Positions 62,070 through 64,000 of a DNA stretch of 64,000 nt are shown here, piece after piece (the stretch's first letter is position 1; the number at the start of each line of letters is the position of its first letter). Source of the stretch: Pavona decussata (lineage: Eukaryota); NCBI GenBank assembly GCA_977016875.1, contig CDRNST010000013.1:1240001-1304000 (forward strand). Reading direction: 5' to 3'. A program made the position numbers and the translations under genes. The notes under the pieces were generated by a model. The model saw only the letters and a program-made list of their open reading frames with translations. It ran no database searches and was not told where the DNA came from.

Positions 62070-64000
62070 AATTTTGATAATATGTACAAGGAATGAAACA
62101 AAATTGAACACAATACGCTGTAATTGTATAACATCACATTGATCAATAATTAACCAATTATTTCTATCATGTGCTTTATTTTGCTGAAACTTCCTGCAAT
62201 TGTAATGTAGTACATGGCCTGACAAAACACTGCCAGGATACATTTTAGATTTCAGAGAAGACAATTGACATGCGAAACCCCCTTGCAGGGGTTCACCCTT
62301 ACACCTTCTTTTCCAATAAATTTTCATTGCAGTACATATCTAACTAAAAAAAATATTGTCAGGCAAATGTGACAACCTAACTTTTAAATAAGCAAGAAAA
62401 ACAATGCTATCTTTTAGAACATTTTATTGACTTAAATTATAAAGAAAAAAGAGAACATAAATGTATAAAACTGCAGACTCCATAAAGATGATGATGATGA
62501 TCTACAACCGGAAATAAAAATCTTGGCTGTTGCCAAAGGACGTCTGAACTGCAATAGCAATGGTGCAAGAGAGGTATAAAGTCATATGTAAAATATACGT
62601 GTAATATTTTATCTTATTTTATGATCTGGCCATGTCTCAGAATGATTGTGAGCTACTGTATTCCTTAATTTGAGTAACCATCCTCCTTCTCCTACAGGGC
62701 CTCATTAAAGTCAAGTTTTAACACTGCAAACGAAATAGTTTTTCTTTTCAAAAATAAAAAAGGAACGGAAATACTGAGTTAAGTAAACTACTTAAAATGA
62801 TAGCAGCTAGCATTTGCAGCTGTAGGTTGTGCACCCGGTTTTCAGAAACAGGCGACTAACCCTGCAACACAGCTACAGCACTGCTGTACACCCCTAAGAA
62901 GACCTCATTAAAGTCACAGATTCAATTAACATAAATTATCTGTCAGGTCCCTCTTTTTATTCAAACATTAAAGTTTTAAAATATTACATGACAAGGCAGA
63001 GCTATGAGGTCTTCCTTTGAGTTTACTGTCTTCTTGAAATGGATATAGGTACTTCTGAAGTTCATACAGAGGAGACATACCCTCTTTCTTTTGTTCTTAC
63101 CTCTAACTTCTCCATTTTCATTTTGTGATAGACAGTCACAGTTTCAAAGTACTAGAGCAAAAAAAAAATTGTTGTGGTCAAAAACAAGACAAACACTACC
63201 AAATTAATAGTGGCAATTTACCTGCTAGCAGGCCATGAGCTTATCAAAATCTACTGCCAAGTGTCACCCTTGAAAAATAAAGTTGATTCAGTGCTTTCAA
63301 TAAGGTTACTTTCAAGTACTAAGGTAGTAATACAGATCTGTTATCAAATAGTATGAGGTTCTATCAACTTGAGAACTGCCGATTTCAAAATATTCAGTTG
63401 TCAATTGAATGCTTTTTAGACTGAGTAGGAAGATGAAATGCACTGACAATTACATTATTTTGTAAATGTTAAAGATTATCTTACTTCCAGCTGTGGTTGT
63501 GCCAGTGTTTTTGCTGGTCTTTTTCTTCCAGCACTGTTTGGATTCTACAGGTTACATTCTTGAAGTGTTAATTTTTGTCTTAAGAGACAGTCCGCGTTAG
63601 ATTCGACCGCTCAATTTGGGCCAGTCGTTCGATTTCCTTCAAATTTTCAGTAGCAGACAAAGTTGATATAACATTAATGAAAACACATTTCTTTTGATTC
63701 TAAACTTAACAAGACCCGAAATTTTGAGGCGAATGTTCAACCCTCCCGAATCCCCGAAAATCGACCTTTCACCGAGTCGAAATTAACCCGTTTTCAGATG
63801 TTTGCCGCCGAAATAATATTTATCCGAAAAACTTTACATTTATACCACGAACACATACACTATACTTCTTTACAAATATGGTATATAGAACTCATATTAT
63901 TGAGAACTTTTAAAAGGAGGGCATCTCAAACATACCAATTTTAACGATTCGTGCACGGAGCGTGTCAAGTGCTGCAACAAAAACCAACATTTCTCAAAAT

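Overview
This is eukaryotic, AT-rich, transposon-saturated DNA with no intact host gene that I can support. The repeat families and GT-AG introns suggest a marine invertebrate, probably a stony coral or other cnidarian (inference only). The centre (29190-42358) is a four-level nest: a TTAA-flanked long-TIR MITE contains a full-length BEL/Pao LTR element, which contains a solo LTR, which contains a full-length Gmr1-type Ty3/Gypsy element with PR-INT-RT-RH order, a SCAN-like Gag and a YWDD RT. The three inner levels have exact 5-bp TSDs. Also present are a Mag-like Gypsy element interrupted by a Tx1/L1 LINE and an L2-like LINE, two DIRS/Ngaro-like remnants, Academ-type elements with 9-bp TSDs, ZNF862-type hAT elements, Kolobok transposase and KolX exons, and Polinton PolB, ISL2EU/Harbinger and IS3EU-like fragments, many LINE 3' ends and a tRNA-derived Nin/Deu-domain SINE. 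The two best novelty candidates are (1) a TIR-bounded hAT element whose decayed ORF appears to fuse a vertnin-like OTU cysteine-protease domain to the transposase, and (2) an array of five hairpins with a conserved 6-nt loop and different but still pairing stems, lying between the SGNH-hydrolase ORF and gag of a DIRS/Ngaro-like element. All family calls come from reading motifs by eye; no database searches were run.
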